From Macrostomum lignano (lineage: Eukaryota), in the NCBI GenBank assembly GCA_002269645.1, contig NIVC01000555.1, positions 183,938-247,937 of the forward strand: a DNA stretch of 64,000 nucleotides, written 5' to 3'. A program made the translations under genes and the position numbers. Below are positions 24,369-43,018 of the stretch, piece after piece. Numbering within the stretch: the stretch's first letter is position 1; every line of letters starts with the position of its first letter. The notes under the pieces are model-generated. The model searched no databases and was not told the origin of the DNA. It saw nothing but the letters and a program-made list of their open reading frames with translations.

Positions 24369-25333
24369 GCCAGATTCTTTGCCAACTTTAATATCACATT
24401 CTCTCAATGACTCAAACTGCAGAGAAATCTCATGAATTTCTTTACTACTCAAGACAACTCTCTCTTCACTTCAATTGGGTTTCTCTACCAACATCTGACC
24501 ACCATCAGCAGAGATGGTATGTCTGTTCTTCTCCCTCAAGACCAAGTCGAGACTCAAATAGCTGCGAATTAAAATATTCAAGCCTCTAACAATATCAGCT
24601 GTATTTGGCGCTAAAAACCAACCCTCTTTGTAAAATTTTACCTCAAAAGCCAACTCCCTGTACCATATTGGGTTTTACAATGGATAGAGATAACGTTATC
24701 GTAAAAGTATAAGTATCGATAAGGATACTGTGTCGTTTCAAAACCCTATCTCTGCATCCTTATGAATTTGTAAGGATCACTCTGATCGCAGTCAGATTAT
24801 AAGTTATGAACAGTTTTTTGTCTGGTTAACTCTGTGTCAAAAATTTTTCTTTTGGTAAAATAACATTTTCAAAGAAGTAGTTATAAGCATCCACAGTCTG
24901 CATTACCTAAATAGCTCCAGAACGAGTTGGCAGCAGTCTAAACAGCCGATGCAGAAGTAGCTCAGACAGGAGCAGCCTCCGACCGTAGCAGCAATTCAGC
25001 TGCAAGTTGGTACTGCTGGGTCGGCCAGCTCAAACTGCGACTGCTCCTCCAGCTGCACTGGCGGTGCGTTAAGATCGCACTTTTACGACATGCTGGATGG
25101 CTAACACTTTCGGGCTTGTAGGTCCTTAGATTTTCGTTGGCGTTCGATTTTGTACGATCGCTATCGATCTGCACTGAATATCCTTGTCGCTGTTGCAGTC
25201 TCTGTGCAGGGAAATCTATTTCTACTGTATGTGTGCACAGTAAGTCTCTTCCAAGTCTTGCTCATTTCCATACTAAGAGCCAGTAAGTGCTACTGCAATC
25301 AGCCTTTTATCAGGCTAGTTCAAACTCACGCTG

Positions 25334-25365
<32 letters not shown>

Positions 25366-25380
25366 GACAGACAGACAAAC

Positions 25381-25479
<99 letters not shown>

Positions 25480-25502
25480 AAGACAGACAGACAGACAGAA
25501 AG

Positions 25503-25597
<95 letters not shown>

Positions 25598-25665
25598 CAC
25601 AGACAGACACACAGACAGACTGACACGCAGACAGACGGACAGACAGACAGACGGACAGACAGATG

Positions 25666-25717
<52 letters not shown>

Positions 25718-25766
25718 CACACACAGACAGACACACAGACAGACAGACACGCAGACAGACACGCAG

Positions 25767-25808
<42 letters not shown>
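25334..25808. repeat. (ACAG)n microsatellite
   Basis: Paralog of 701-1229 with the same flanks. Confidence 0.97.
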
Positions 25809-27468
25809 GACACCATACAAATATACAAACGACACTTAAGTAGTCTCTGAGAGTGTACTTCAGTGTATTGTTGTGTAGAGTACTATAGTTGCGCAGTAAT
25901 GTTTAGTACAATGGTCTGTATAAGCAATAATTGGAAATAAAAGTACGCGGTGATTGTTCAATATTAAATAGACTAGATTGAATCAGTCAGGGCTTGAAAA
26001 GGTTGGCAATATCCAGGCCACACTCAAGACACGCCAAGCAGATGTGGATGCAGCAGCAGACGTTTTCCAGAGTCTCCATCTTGCTCGTCTCTGATTTTGT
26101 GTCCTCCACTGAAGTTGCAATGATTTTCTCCCGATCTGACGAGCCTGCAGGCTGATCCAGCGTTGCGTCATGAGGTGATTCGAAGACCGCCTTGTTCATG
26201 TCTTTCGAGTTTTTCATTTCAGTAGCTTTGCAGCGTCTCTTGGCAGCGAATGCCATTTATAGACTCTTCCCAATCGTCAGTTTAAATGTATTCACAACGC
26301 GAAGTTGCCTCACTTTGCCAGTACAGCAAGCCAGGTCGTGTACATACATGTAGTAGAGCTTATCACTAGGCATTATAGATAAGTTTTGTGACTTTTTTTT
26401 GGCGTACGTTGGTGACACTTCGGCTAAAAATACTTTGAATGAGCCAAGCCATTTATTTCGGCCATGATAATAAACATACTTTTAAAAAAGCAACTTTTTT
26501 GCTGAAAGCAAAATTTGCACTCTCGTTCATGCATGCTGAAATGATATGCCGTACGGAGCGCATGATATGCAGTGTGATGCAGCTCTCCCTAATATACGAG
26601 CGTATAGTAGTGTTGTAATTAGAATGTCGTGAATGTCTGTTCTTGGAGATTTAACGCTTTCCTTAGATATTTGACACTGTTCTTGTGTTCTTGGAGATTT
26701 GACACTGTTCTTGTAGATGTGACCTCCTTGGAGATTTGACGCTACTGCCACTGTCAGAAGTTACCGCTTTGGGCTTTTGACATTTTCAAATGTTGAGACG
26801 ACAACAGACCAGCAGCTATCTAGGAGTTTAACAGTAATTCCCTCGCCGCTAAGTAAAGAGCCCTAACTTTGACACAGAAGGCTACTCTGCCCAGAATATT
26901 AGTCTCGTAAACGCCACTTTAACTCGGGTTCCTTTTGGCACACCATGCGGCTGCTTGAAGCAAACTGTTCCAAGCAAACCAGCAGCTGGAGCATGGCTAG
27001 CTTCTCCCTGCGCGTGACGGGACTCTCAGTAATTAATCACTGTTTTCATTGCTTTGAAAACATATTGAGAATTCATTTTGAAACGACTGTTCTGAAATAT
27101 CAGTAATGTATATGGAATCAGTCATGCAAACTTTTAATAATTTACGAGGTACGCTACAGCTTTTTAGCTGAAGAAAGGTAACGTAAAACGTCACTAGCTA
27201 CTTACATGAGTAGAACGTGCTGATGCATGCTGATTCATATCACTTAAAAAAATAAAAGCGGTGGTTGTACTTAAAATTCCAAATTAATGTACATTTTCAA
27301 TTGTTTCCCTCAATCTTCATTAATTTTCCTTAAGTGAAATTACTCTAAGCAATGTTAAACAAGCTAGGTTTTGAGACTAAAGAATATTATTAATCAGAAA
27401 AGCATGGAATCAGTTTGTTGTCAGCTACGATAGTAAGGCCCTGGCCCTGATTCGCTAGAGCCTGAAAA

Positions 27469-27488
27469 GGTTTTTCCGCGGAATTTCC
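27469..27488 (+). promoter_or_regulatory. Paired kappaB/Rel-like motifs upstream of A4
   Basis: GGTTTTTCC-GC-GGAATTTCC, identical to 2915-2934. Confidence 0.5.
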
Positions 27489-27689
27489 TTTTGAACGCAG
27501 TTTAAACATCTGGCTGCAGGAAAAGCTGCTATTTCTTCCCGCGGGCAGAACTCAGTCCAGCTTCTCAAACCCTAAATTTCAGTCTATAGAAACCTTTAGG
27601 TAAGTTTAGATGATGAAGTACCCTACCTACCTTCTTTTGATAAGTATGTACTCATGTACTAAAAAAAAATTCATTGTTTTATTTCCAGA

Positions 27690-28496
27690 ATGGCCCTCAA
27701 CGCGCAACAGACTCATGAGCCGTGGCAAAAGTCGGCGATAAAAATGGCCGATAAAATCTGCAAGAAATCCGATAGTTTGCGTCAAGATCTCGCCAGACTG
27801 AAGACTGAGGTCGCCAGCAAAAACTGGCCCCATGACGTCTTCAGAAATCCGTCCGATGCTGAGAACCGCTTTCGTCAGCTTGAGAGCTCCATTGGCGAGT
27901 TGTGCAGCTCCGCCAGCGCCATGCACCAGTCCAACCAGTCGCTGCTGAACACCTGCGAGGAGTTTATCGCTCTGCAAAGCCACGAAGCGTCGTCAAACCT
28001 TGAAAGGTCCTCCAAGGCTGCCGAGGCTGCTAAAAAGAAGCTGACGGAGATTGAAGCATGCGATGAAAAGAGCATCGAAGCTGGCAGGAAATTTCAGACT
28101 GATTCTAGCCGACTGACTGAGGCTTTCACGAAGGCGAAGAACTTCTGCGATGACGAGGCAGAGTTTATTAAATCTGAAGCTGATTTTCTAGCTTCTCAGG
28201 ATCTAAGACAACCTTCTCGAGAAGATGATGCGAGACTACAAGCTTTGCGATCCAACGAAACTCTGCTTAACAAGTCGATTGAAACTTTGAAGACTATGAT
28301 TGAACTCCTGCAGAAGCTCAAGGCTCAATCTGGTGAAGTCATTGAGGAAGCTGATAAGCTCAGCCAGTTTGTAAAAGATATCATGACCAATATCGACACT
28401 GCGATTGGACGTGAATCTCGAGTTGCTGACACTTTAGACGCAAAAGAGAAGGAAATACAGCGGCTCCAAGAACTGCTGCGCAAAGCTTCGAAGTAA
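27690..28496 (+). CDS. Protein A, copy A4 (268 aa)
   Basis: Intact ORF with one extra codon (QPSREDD); own upstream region and 5'UTR intron retained. Confidence 0.85.
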   Translation: MALNAQQTHEPWQKSAIKMADKICKKSDSLRQDLARLKTEVASKNWPHDVFRNPSDAENRFRQLESSIGELCSSASAMHQSNQSLLNTCEEFIALQSHEASSNLERSSKAAEAAKKKLTEIEACDEKSIEAGRKFQTDSSRLTEAFTKAKNFCDDEAEFIKSEADFLASQDLRQPSREDDARLQALRSNETLLNKSIETLKTMIELLQKLKAQSGEVIEEADKLSQFVKDIMTNIDTAIGRESRVADTLDAKEKEIQRLQELLRKASK

Positions 28497-29159
28497 ATTA
28501 TTTACTGCAGTGCTACTGTACTTTCTACTTCGAATTTCAAGAAGATAAACCTAACATTTTAGCTACAAAACTTAAAGGGACATCGCACTACTATCTTATA
28601 ATACGACTCTATTTAATTTTAGAATATCGAAACCCGTTTTGTCGTTAAATAGTTCACGTTTCTTTCAACCTGTTAAGTCGTCGAATATACATGTACGAGC
28701 TATAACGCAATGCCGCAGTATCAAACACTACAAAATGAATTTTTCTCAATAAATGGAGCGAGTTAATGTCATTAACCCAAACTCCAAATTCTATGTGCAT
28801 GTAATATGCAATGACAAGAAGAGATCATATTTGGGATTTGAGAATTTCTTGGCTTATATTTTCCGTTAAGGAAATCTTCTCTGTATACTGGTTGCACCAA
28901 CGTTTTAAAATCAATAGCGATGAAGACACATACTCATTTTTCTCGTTCGATCAAGAAGCTGACGGCTCAGTGTAGAACATGTAGAGCTTTTAAATTGAAA
29001 AAGAAATTGCTTCCTTTGGAGATATTCTGAAGCAATTTTGAAAATAGTTAGGTCTAGTGTACTAAATTCAGAAGCGATAAACAACTAGATAAATATACTT
29101 AAGTTCACTTTAAAGTCGTACATTAGCAATTCTAGAAAACTGTTGTTGAAAACAACCAA

Positions 29160-29212
29160 GAAAAATTCACGGAAAAGCTTTGGAATTTCCGCGGTATTTC
29201 CATGGCATTACC
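29160..29212 (+). promoter_or_regulatory. kappaB/Rel-like motif array upstream of B4
   Basis: Includes GGAATTTCC (29182-29190) and the invariant GGTATTTCC-ATGGCATTACC. Confidence 0.6.
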
Positions 29213-29511
29213 TTAGCTCCATGTTCCCGCGTTAATAAGATTATATATGCTCGTATAATTCTAATGCCTTCCGTTGCACAGACTCAAGTATTATTCACAG
29301 AATTATATACACACCTTGCTTCAGGTTCTCAAGTTTTCGAAATATAACTCAGTAAGTGTTCATATCTAAATGATCTGTCTGCTCTGTTTCAATACTTATA
29401 TTTAAACGATATTTAGTAGAGCATAATTAGTACTTATTACTATGAAATCGTTTTGATCATTTCTGTTCTAAACGTTCTCTTAATGTAAATTTACTATTGC
29501 AGTTTTGAGAA

Positions 29512-30411
29512 ATGGCCCAAGGAGAAAATGGATACTCGTACAACGCTATCCTTGAGTGGCTAAATCCAGCCACCCAAAATGCTCACTCAATAGCTTCAGA
29601 TGCAAACAGATTTGCTTGTGAACTACGTAGTACGGAAAGAAGCGCAAGAAATGAGCTGCTTGGTCTTCCAGATTGCCCTTATAGGGTAGACAGTAAGAGA
29701 AAGAACTTTCTCGACTCGATGGACGATGCGAAGTCTTCTGGAGATGAGCTGAAAAGAAGATGCGATGAGCTCTGTAGAGAGTGGAACGAATTTTATGATG
29801 TTTACGAGAAATCAAATAAAGAGAAAAAACAATTTAGCTCCGTCGAATTGGACAAGCTGTTGGAAGATATGAATAAACTTTTGAAAAAATGTGCCGCTTG
29901 CGGACAGCTATATTCTGAGACTCAAGAGAAATTAAACACCGCCATCAATGACTGCTCCCACTTAGTTGATGAGCTATCAAAGGAAGCGGACCGCAAGAGA
30001 AAAGAGGAATGCGACAGAAAACTAAAAGGCTACGGTGCAGCAGTCGTTGGCTTGGGTGCAGCTGTGGCGACTGCTGGCGTGGCTACTGCTCCAGCGATGT
30101 TTGCCGCTGGAAGCCTGACAACGGCCTCCGTAGGCACTGCTGCTTGGACCAAGGTTACGTCCGATGCTCTTGGTAGGCTCTCAGACAGGTTTAGCGAAGC
30201 TCGCGGAAGCATGAGCGCGACGCTTCGGCGTCTGAATGAGCTGTCTAACTTGATTGCTAGCCTTGAGAGATCGACTAAAGACATGGCGAAAAACATCGAT
30301 ATCGGAAGGAGCAGGGAGCAGAGAGTGAGAGATACGATAAACAGTAAGGATGAGCAAATCGAGAAACTGAAAGAGCAACTCCGAAAAGCTGGAATTTCGT
30401 TGAATGATTGA
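29512..30411 (+). CDS. Protein B, intact copy B4 (299 aa)
   Basis: Full ORF with a conserved hydrophobic hairpin (GYGAAVVGLGAAVATAGVATAPAMFAAGSLTTASVGTAAW). Confidence 0.85.
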   Translation: MAQGENGYSYNAILEWLNPATQNAHSIASDANRFACELRSTERSARNELLGLPDCPYRVDSKRKNFLDSMDDAKSSGDELKRRCDELCREWNEFYDVYEKSNKEKKQFSSVELDKLLEDMNKLLKKCAACGQLYSETQEKLNTAINDCSHLVDELSKEADRKRKEECDRKLKGYGAAVVGLGAAVATAGVATAPAMFAAGSLTTASVGTAAWTKVTSDALGRLSDRFSEARGSMSATLRRLNELSNLIASLERSTKDMAKNIDIGRSREQRVRDTINSKDEQIEKLKEQLRKAGISLND

Positions 30412-31499
30412 TCGAACCTTCACCGAAACTAACTGAGGCCTGCGAATTGGCTCTGCGTGCTGAATTAACAAATCGATTGCGAATGCACAGTTAAGATTTT
30501 TTACTATACCCTTATGCATGAAACATTATTGATTTTAGCGTTTCGAATAGTTTTGTAATGCTATTATATCTGTTCCTATTCTTATGATAAGGCTAACGAT
30601 AGTGTAGTACTAAATGTATTACTGCTTAAAATTAATTGTGTACCTTGATCATGAATCCGCTTTTTTTGATGCAAATACGTATTTAATGTACTGTTATTAA
30701 TATTTCTCCTGAAAATTTCACATTACTGCGTTGTTCCCGTTTTACATTAATAATTTTTCCCAAATAATATTCTGTGAATTTATCCCTCTAACAAATAAGC
30801 GTATTTGGTAGAAATTTGAGCGTCTCCAAATGTACCTTATCGGTCGCATAGACGTCTCAAGAAACGATTTGGTTTGAATTTACTGGTATTATCTGGTATA
30901 TTATCCGGTATAGCAAAAACGTCTCTATGTTGCTTATGGACACATTTTGCGTGCTCAAGGCTTCCAACCGAAAATACGTTTCTTCTTTGCGTTCATACTC
31001 GTACAACTCGAACTTTATTTTTGATGAAGTTCCCTTTCTTTGCTGAAAAATGTACACTCACGATGGGGGCGTATAGAAATGTACAGCTCGTATACAGCTT
31101 TCTGAATATGCGCTGTGTACTGGGTCCCAACTTGTGTTTTTAAACCATTTTCTTGTTACGCTTGTTAATAAAGACGGTATTAAAAGACGTCAGGAGTGTT
31201 CGCGGTAAATAATTACGCGTTTTTCAGCACACTTCATTTTTCTACCTCTCTGTCTTTTACATTGACCTGAACGGTTTTTGCGCTGTTGATATTCTTACAC
31301 TCGTAGCTAAGAAGCTATTAAAGTTCCCTTTCTGGCAACTGGTCAGTGTACATTGCAAGTAGCTAAATTTTATTCTTAAGAATAAATTCTTAGGTGCAGT
31401 GATCTTAATATTTTTGTTTCTGTGTATAAAGAGCAGAATTATTTTGTAACTATTTTTGGAATGTAACGCTGTCGTAAGAATATAGTTGTGTCATGGACT

Positions 31500-32036
31500 A
31501 GGTGGCTGAGTCATGGAAGGTGGCTGAGTCATGGAAGGTGGCAAAATCATGGAATGTTGCAGTGCCATGGAAGGTGGCAGAGTCATGGAAGGTGGCTGAG
31601 TCATGGAAGGTGGCTGATGGAAGGTGGCTGAGTCATGGAAGGTGGCTGAGTCATGGAAGGTGGCTGAGTCATGGAAGGTGGCTGAGTCATGGAAGGTGGC
31701 TGAGTCATGGAAGGTGGCAAAATCATGGAATGTTGCAGAATCATGGAAGGGGGCAGAGTCATGAAAGGTGGCATAGTCATAGAAGGTGGCTGAGTGATGG
31801 AAGGTGGCTGAGTCATGGAAGGTGGCTGTGTCATGGAAGGTGGCTGAGTGATGGAAGGTGGCTGAGTCATGGAAGGTGGCTGAGTCATGGAAGGTGGCTG
31901 AGTCATGGAAGGTGGCTGAGTCATGGAAGGTGGCTGAGTCATGGAAGGTGGCTGAGTCATGGAAGGTGGCTGAGTCATGGAAGGTGGCTGAGTCATGGAA
32001 GGTGGCAAAATCATGGAATGTTGCAGTGCCATGGAA
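31500..32036. repeat. 18-bp minisatellite (GGTGGCTGAGTCATGGAA)
   Basis: Direct inspection. Confidence 0.95.
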
Positions 32037-32287
32037 GTTGCTACTTGTAGCCAATGCATAAATGCATGCAATGATGCCGCCATCGAACTGTGTTACAATT
32101 AACTCTAAAATATCAGTATATATCACAGATACTATATAACTACCTTAGGTAGATAGATAGGTAGATAGGTCACTCGGTTAATTTACTCTCACACTACTCT
32201 TAGGACCAGCCATCAGTAGTGAAAAAATAGCCAAAATAAAAAATCAATTTTGAAAACGTGTGCTCTGGTAAAGCGCTATAGTAAAGC

Positions 32288-33059
32288 GGCTCTGCATGGT
32301 AAAGTTTGGTCTCGCATAGAGACGCCTAACCGCAGTACCCCTGTGAAACTTGTCTCTGCCTGGCCGAAAGCTTGTATTGAGTTAGTAGGCTGGGTTGGAG
32401 GGTAATAGTTGATCAGGAAGGGCTGTGGGTAGCTGTATGGGAAGGCAGGCCTATACCTGTTCCAGTTGGTGCTCTGACGGTCCCCCTCGGAGTGCCCTCT
32501 GAGCGAACAGCCAGCGACTCTATTACATGTAAAGCTGGAGTGTGCCAGAACCAGGACTGAGTCTGACCAGGACGAGGCCGTTGGCACGGTCACTATAGAA
32601 ATGGTGGGTTGGCGAAGCAAAGCGTGAAATAGTCCCGGCGATTAGCCCTCCTGCCGCTTCAAAGATAAGAGACTGTCTGGCAAGAGTACCCAGGGTTTAG
32701 TGGGTGGGGAGGCTCCTTCGGGTTGCCACGGCCGTGGGGGCGGTCATTTGACCGGTTTTTTGGCATTCCTAACCCTGGAGAAGGCACGGGCTTCCCTGAA
32801 TGGTTCACTCAACCCCCTCTGGCCCCGGGGAGGTTTTGATTTGAGCTTGGAGTGGGCTTAACGCCCCGAAGGCAGGGGGTAGGGCCCGCCCTTTGCCCGA
32901 CTGGTGTTGCCTGCTCAGCTTGTTGGCCACAGTCTCTTACTCTAGCTTAGAAACCATGTGTACCTGAGTACACTCCTAATGTGGAACCTTAATTATTACT
33001 AGTGGCGTAAGAGCCTGCTCAATGGCTGAGGCGCCGGATTACTTATTTAGTTAGTTAGT
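32288..33059 (+). mobile_element. Non-coding retroposon (SINE or 5'-truncated LINE) with (TTAG)n tail
   Basis: GC-rich 772-bp segment flanked by the direct repeat TAGTAAAGC (32279-32287, 33060-33068); 3' stem-loop GGCG..AGCC..GGCT..CGCC before the TTAG tail. Confidence 0.55.
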
Positions 33060-33386
33060 TAGTAAAGCAGGTTTAGATTCATTTTCTGCATGCGTGCATG
33101 GTAAAGCAGTATTCAAGTTGTCGAGTTCGTGTCATAGACAAAACATATTAAAAGCACAGCGCTGCAGCGATGCCTAGCACTTTTTCCTAGCTCTCTCTAT
33201 GGCTCTCTCTTCTTCTGCTTGGTCAAGCAAAAGGGTCTTTTAGCCAAAGACAACAAAATTAACAGCGGTGCCCAGTGATATATATAGTAGGAGAAAGGAA
33301 ACCAAGACAACGCTTTAGTCGCTGCTGTTGCTGTTTCAGTTCTTTTAGTGCACTTTCCTATTAAAAAATTAAATATTTGGTGCGAC

Positions 33387-34103
33387 ATGGACAACTACGA
33401 TGCCGAAGATATCGAAGATGTCGATGACTTGATCGAGGCGTGTGAGGAAGCCGAGCGGCAGGCAGCTCTGGAGGAGCAGCTAAGCTGTGAGGTTGCAAGC
33501 GAGCATGCCGCGGCTGCCGTCAATCTTTTCGAATACGACGAGACTGACGCTGACGATCTGATTGCCGCTGCCGAAGCAGACAAAGCTGCCGAAGCTGAAG
33601 CTGCCAAAGCTGCTGCTGCCGAAGCTGCTGCTGAATTGCCCGAGCGGCAGAAGCAGCACCACCAAAAGCAGCAGCAGCAGAAGAGAGCATCTTTGCTAGT
33701 GACCGACTCGCAGCGACCCGGCTCTATTGGCCCGGCGGCGGCGGCCGACGACGACAATGATGTTATGATCACTGCGAGCGTGGTCTCGGACAGTGACGAA
33801 GAGACACCGGGCCAGCCGATTAGCAGCAGCAGAATTAAACGAGAACTATTCGGCGACGACGACGACGACTTCCAACCCCGATTGTCGTCACCACGGACAC
33901 TGCCGGTGGCCAAACGCGCCCGCGAGCAGCAGCTGGCACTGCCATCGTCGCCGCTCAATGTTGTCATATCACAAAAGCCGGCCCTGGTGCGTCAACCGCG
34001 GATCTGGACGCCCTCGACTAAGAATTCGGCGACGAATTGGACGCCACCGATGATGTCGTCGCCTGCTAGGTCGTCTTTCTTCCTGTTTCTGCTACCTTGC
34101 TAG
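33387..34103 (+). CDS. Acidic low-complexity orphan protein, 3' end possibly frameshifted
   Basis: GC-rich coding-like ORF from ATG 33387; AATAAA near 34148; an alternative frame at the end reads DLDALD*EFGDELDATDDVVAC. Confidence 0.5.
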   Translation: MDNYDAEDIEDVDDLIEACEEAERQAALEEQLSCEVASEHAAAAVNLFEYDETDADDLIAAAEADKAAEAEAAKAAAAEAAAELPERQKQHHQKQQQQKRASLLVTDSQRPGSIGPAAAADDDNDVMITASVVSDSDEETPGQPISSSRIKRELFGDDDDDFQPRLSSPRTLPVAKRAREQQLALPSSPLNVVISQKPALVRQPRIWTPSTKNSATNWTPPMMSSPARSSFFLFLLPC

Positions 34104-34905
34104 TTTGCAGTTTCGTGTTTTGACGTTTTCTTCTTGTTTATTTCGACAATAAAATCAGCAATTTTAGATTATTTTTTAGTATATAGGACTGTACTGTTGA
34201 CAAGTATTTTGAGGTGTTTCAAGTCCGAATTGTTCAACTTATTGATTTCTTAAATCAAAGGGCATATGTTACTGCCTATTCTGCGCAAAAATAAGCATCT
34301 TACGATCAATAGCGCACACAGGAGATACATTGAAAAATCGGCCTCCAATGAAATTTTCACCAATTCTGAGTCTTGCGTCCTTCTACTTAAGTAGTCCTTG
34401 AGTCAAGAATGTACACTGTAGAAGATTGTGCATATGGTTGAAAACGTCATTTCCGATCGATTTCATTTTAGTCACTGATAAGAATGTTTCTTATAATTTG
34501 CATTTACACTACCGTCCTAAGAGTAGTATCATTTTTGGTCCCCACAGCGAGATAGGGAGTGACCTATCTAGGTATATAGTATCTGTGGTATATACTACCA
34601 AATTTCAATGAAGGCTTTTCGGACAAATATATTTGACAATGAAAATTGGAAAAAAAAAGTTTTGTTTGAAAATCTTTCTGCTGGGAAGTTTGAAATTTCA
34701 GTTTTATTATACCAAATTTCCTTTGGTTTTATGCACAAAGAATTGGATTTTGTATTTGCATTTTAGCTGTCGCAAAGGTTTTGTTTTAAATTGCACATAA
34801 AAGCAAATTTTATTCGGGTCAGATGCGCCAAGGTCTACTAATAGTACGCAATATACAATTTCTTGTGCAGAATTAGCCCCTGTCAATACTTAGCAACTGG
34901 CTGAA

Positions 34906-35157
34906 TCAAACGATTGAGACTTCTTTAGTGCTCGCTTTGTTGGCTCTGAGAGGCTGGGCCACAACCGTTATGGACCTGCTGGCCTGGCTTTTGTCCTTGA
35001 CCAATACATTCTTGAATGCAGCCGCCACGATTGCTATTAGAAGCAGCAGAGTTATGACAGCCAAAAAGTTCAGCGAGTACTCCACCACGGTCACTTCGAC
35101 AACTGTGTAGCTCTCGGAGCTCTGGCTCAGCTCATCGAGTTCGAAGTGGGCTGACAT
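34906..35157 (-). CDS. 83-aa single-pass membrane microprotein
   Basis: One hydrophobic stretch (FLAVITLLLLIAIVAAAF); acceptor TCCCAG 2 nt before the ATG; upstream exon donor GTGAG at 35950. Confidence 0.55.
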   Translation of the reverse strand: MSAHFELDELSQSSESYTVVEVTVVEYSLNFLAVITLLLLIAIVAAAFKNVLVKDKSQASRSITVVAQPLRANKASTKEVSIV

Positions 35158-35279
35158 TGCTGGGAGGTTTGGAGAGAGTAATGAATGAATCGATCAATCA
35201 AATCGATCATCAATCTATCAATCAATCAGTCAATAAAGCCACATAAAATCTATTGACCAAGAGGTCCATTAATTTATAA

Positions 35280-35875
<596 letters not shown>

Positions 35876-36537
35876 ATTTGTAATTACAAATGTATAAATT
35901 TATCAACTGCTATTTAATAATTCTATCTATTTTATCAGTTACCAGCTCACCTTTCAACAAATTCTTTACAAAAAGACAACAGGTAGTCTTGCAGAAGCAG
36001 CTGGGCCGACTTCGAATCGATTGATTCTGGTTAATCAATGTCTGATAGAAACTCGCTTCTCAAAAGAAATAAGCGCGCACTCGTTTCTTTGCTAAAACAG
36101 CCTGAACTTGATTAAAATTCAACAGCAGTTTGCCGAATGCCTTTCAAGCTCGGCCATAGACATCAGTTCTACCTACGTCCAGCGATCAAAAATGAGAAAT
36201 GGGGTACAAGCAGCACATATGCTGAACTACTTGATTATACTACTTTCTCTATGTTTTATTTTGTATTTTTCGTATAAGTTTGTGCATACCATGAATTTTT
36301 GTTGCCAGTTTCATATGCTAAACTGACTACTGACCAGTAGCCAGTTTTACTGCTAGCTTTGACTTTTTTTGCATAATTTTCTTTCATTACCAGTTTTAAA
36401 TGGTTTCTAATGAAATTAACCAATCGCGCAAGTTCTAGTGTGTAAAATTGGCAATTTTATGACTCTATATAACACTTTAACTGAAAATTTATATTGATTG
36501 CTTTTCTAATATCAAACTTGCGATACTTCACTTGAGC

Positions 36538-41770
<5,233 letters not shown>

Positions 41771-42461
41771 CGTCATAGCGAGAAAAGTACAAAATGACCT
41801 TCCAGTGTGTGTGTGGTGTGTGTGTGAACCCGAAAAAAGAGATTTCAATGGAAAAAACTTCTTTCTTTGAGATGGATTGGATGAAGACAAAAATAAAGCG
41901 TACAGCAACTATATGATGAATTGCTTGATGAATTTCAAAGCTAAACAATTATTGTCTGTTCAATTTGATTCTGCATTTACTTTTTAATTGCATGCCGTAT
42001 TACATTTAGTGCAACTGATAAGCCATGGACCCGATAGAAATTCGTCCTAAATAGACTAAAATAAGAGCTAAAAAGTTTAGACTTGTCACCTCAAGAAGAA
42101 ATAGCTGTGATTTGCATTGCAGTCTACTTACAGTGTCGGCAAATTTATGGTAGATTTTGGATGCACATTATACATGTATGTGTACTATAAGGTCGTAGAC
42201 CCATCTAAGATTGAACGTAAACACTTCAATGGTGTTTATTGAAAATTTTAATTGAACAACATGAAACAATTCCGAATAATCTACAGCAATGTATTTCTTT
42301 GCAACAAAAACTTTCTCAATTTTGAATAGCGAAGTCATGCAAGGAAAAAATGAAAAAGCAAAATTAGCAGACGCATTAACAAATAGACTATACTTACTTG
42401 CAATTAACAATCTATAAAATTATGACCAACAATACCTGTAATGTACATGTAGGCTACTATA

Positions 42462-42917
42462 AAGGGGCGCCGCCATGGATTTTATGGTGGGGGGACAAAG
42501 CCAAGAATTCTATATGTATTTTCAGAATCGGTGTTGCCAGCGCTCATTTGGCGCCGCAGGCACTCATTTTAGCACCGCAGGCACTCATTTTAGCGCCACA
42601 GGCACTCATTTTAGCACCGCAGGCACTCATTTTAGCACCGCAGGCACTCATTTTAGCACCGCAGGCACTCATTTTAGCACCGCAGGCACTCTCTTTAGCG
42701 CTACAGGCACTCATTTTAGCACCGCAGGCACTCATTTTAGCACCGCAGGCACTCTCTTTAGCGCTACAGGCACTCATTTTGATTATATTTTGTCGCCCGT
42801 GAAGCAAAATTATTGATTTCCATAACGGGTCACAAAGTTGGATATAGGGGGACAGAGCATTGGAATGTCCATCATAGACATATGTCCCCCGTCGATTCCC
42901 CTGTGGCGACGCCCCTG
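42462..42917. mobile_element. hAT-like MITE carrying an internal 21-bp minisatellite
   Basis: AGGGGCGCCGCCA / TGGCGACGCCCCT inverted ends (12/13); degenerate 8-bp flanks CTACTATA/CTGCTAAC; array at 42548-42782. Confidence 0.6.
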
Positions 42918-43018
42918 CTGCTAACATGTTGTCTTTGGCTGCTGCATCAGTACATGCAGCTGGTCGATGCAAGCACAAAGCATATTATTGAATATAATGA
43001 AGCTATGAAGCTAATTAA

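Larger units (their letters stand above)
24634..28600 (+). repeat. Segmental duplicate of window positions 1 to about 4040
   Basis: AATTTTACCTCAAAAGCC at 1, 15378 and 24634; collinear through the microsatellite, upstream region and gene A. Confidence 0.93.

Noticed and set aside
23584-24435. CRISPR-like or repeat-protein reading of the 123-bp array (268-aa ORF)
   Set aside because: Whole units repeat with no unique spacers, there are no cas genes, the context is eukaryotic, and the array is absent from the paralogous segment.
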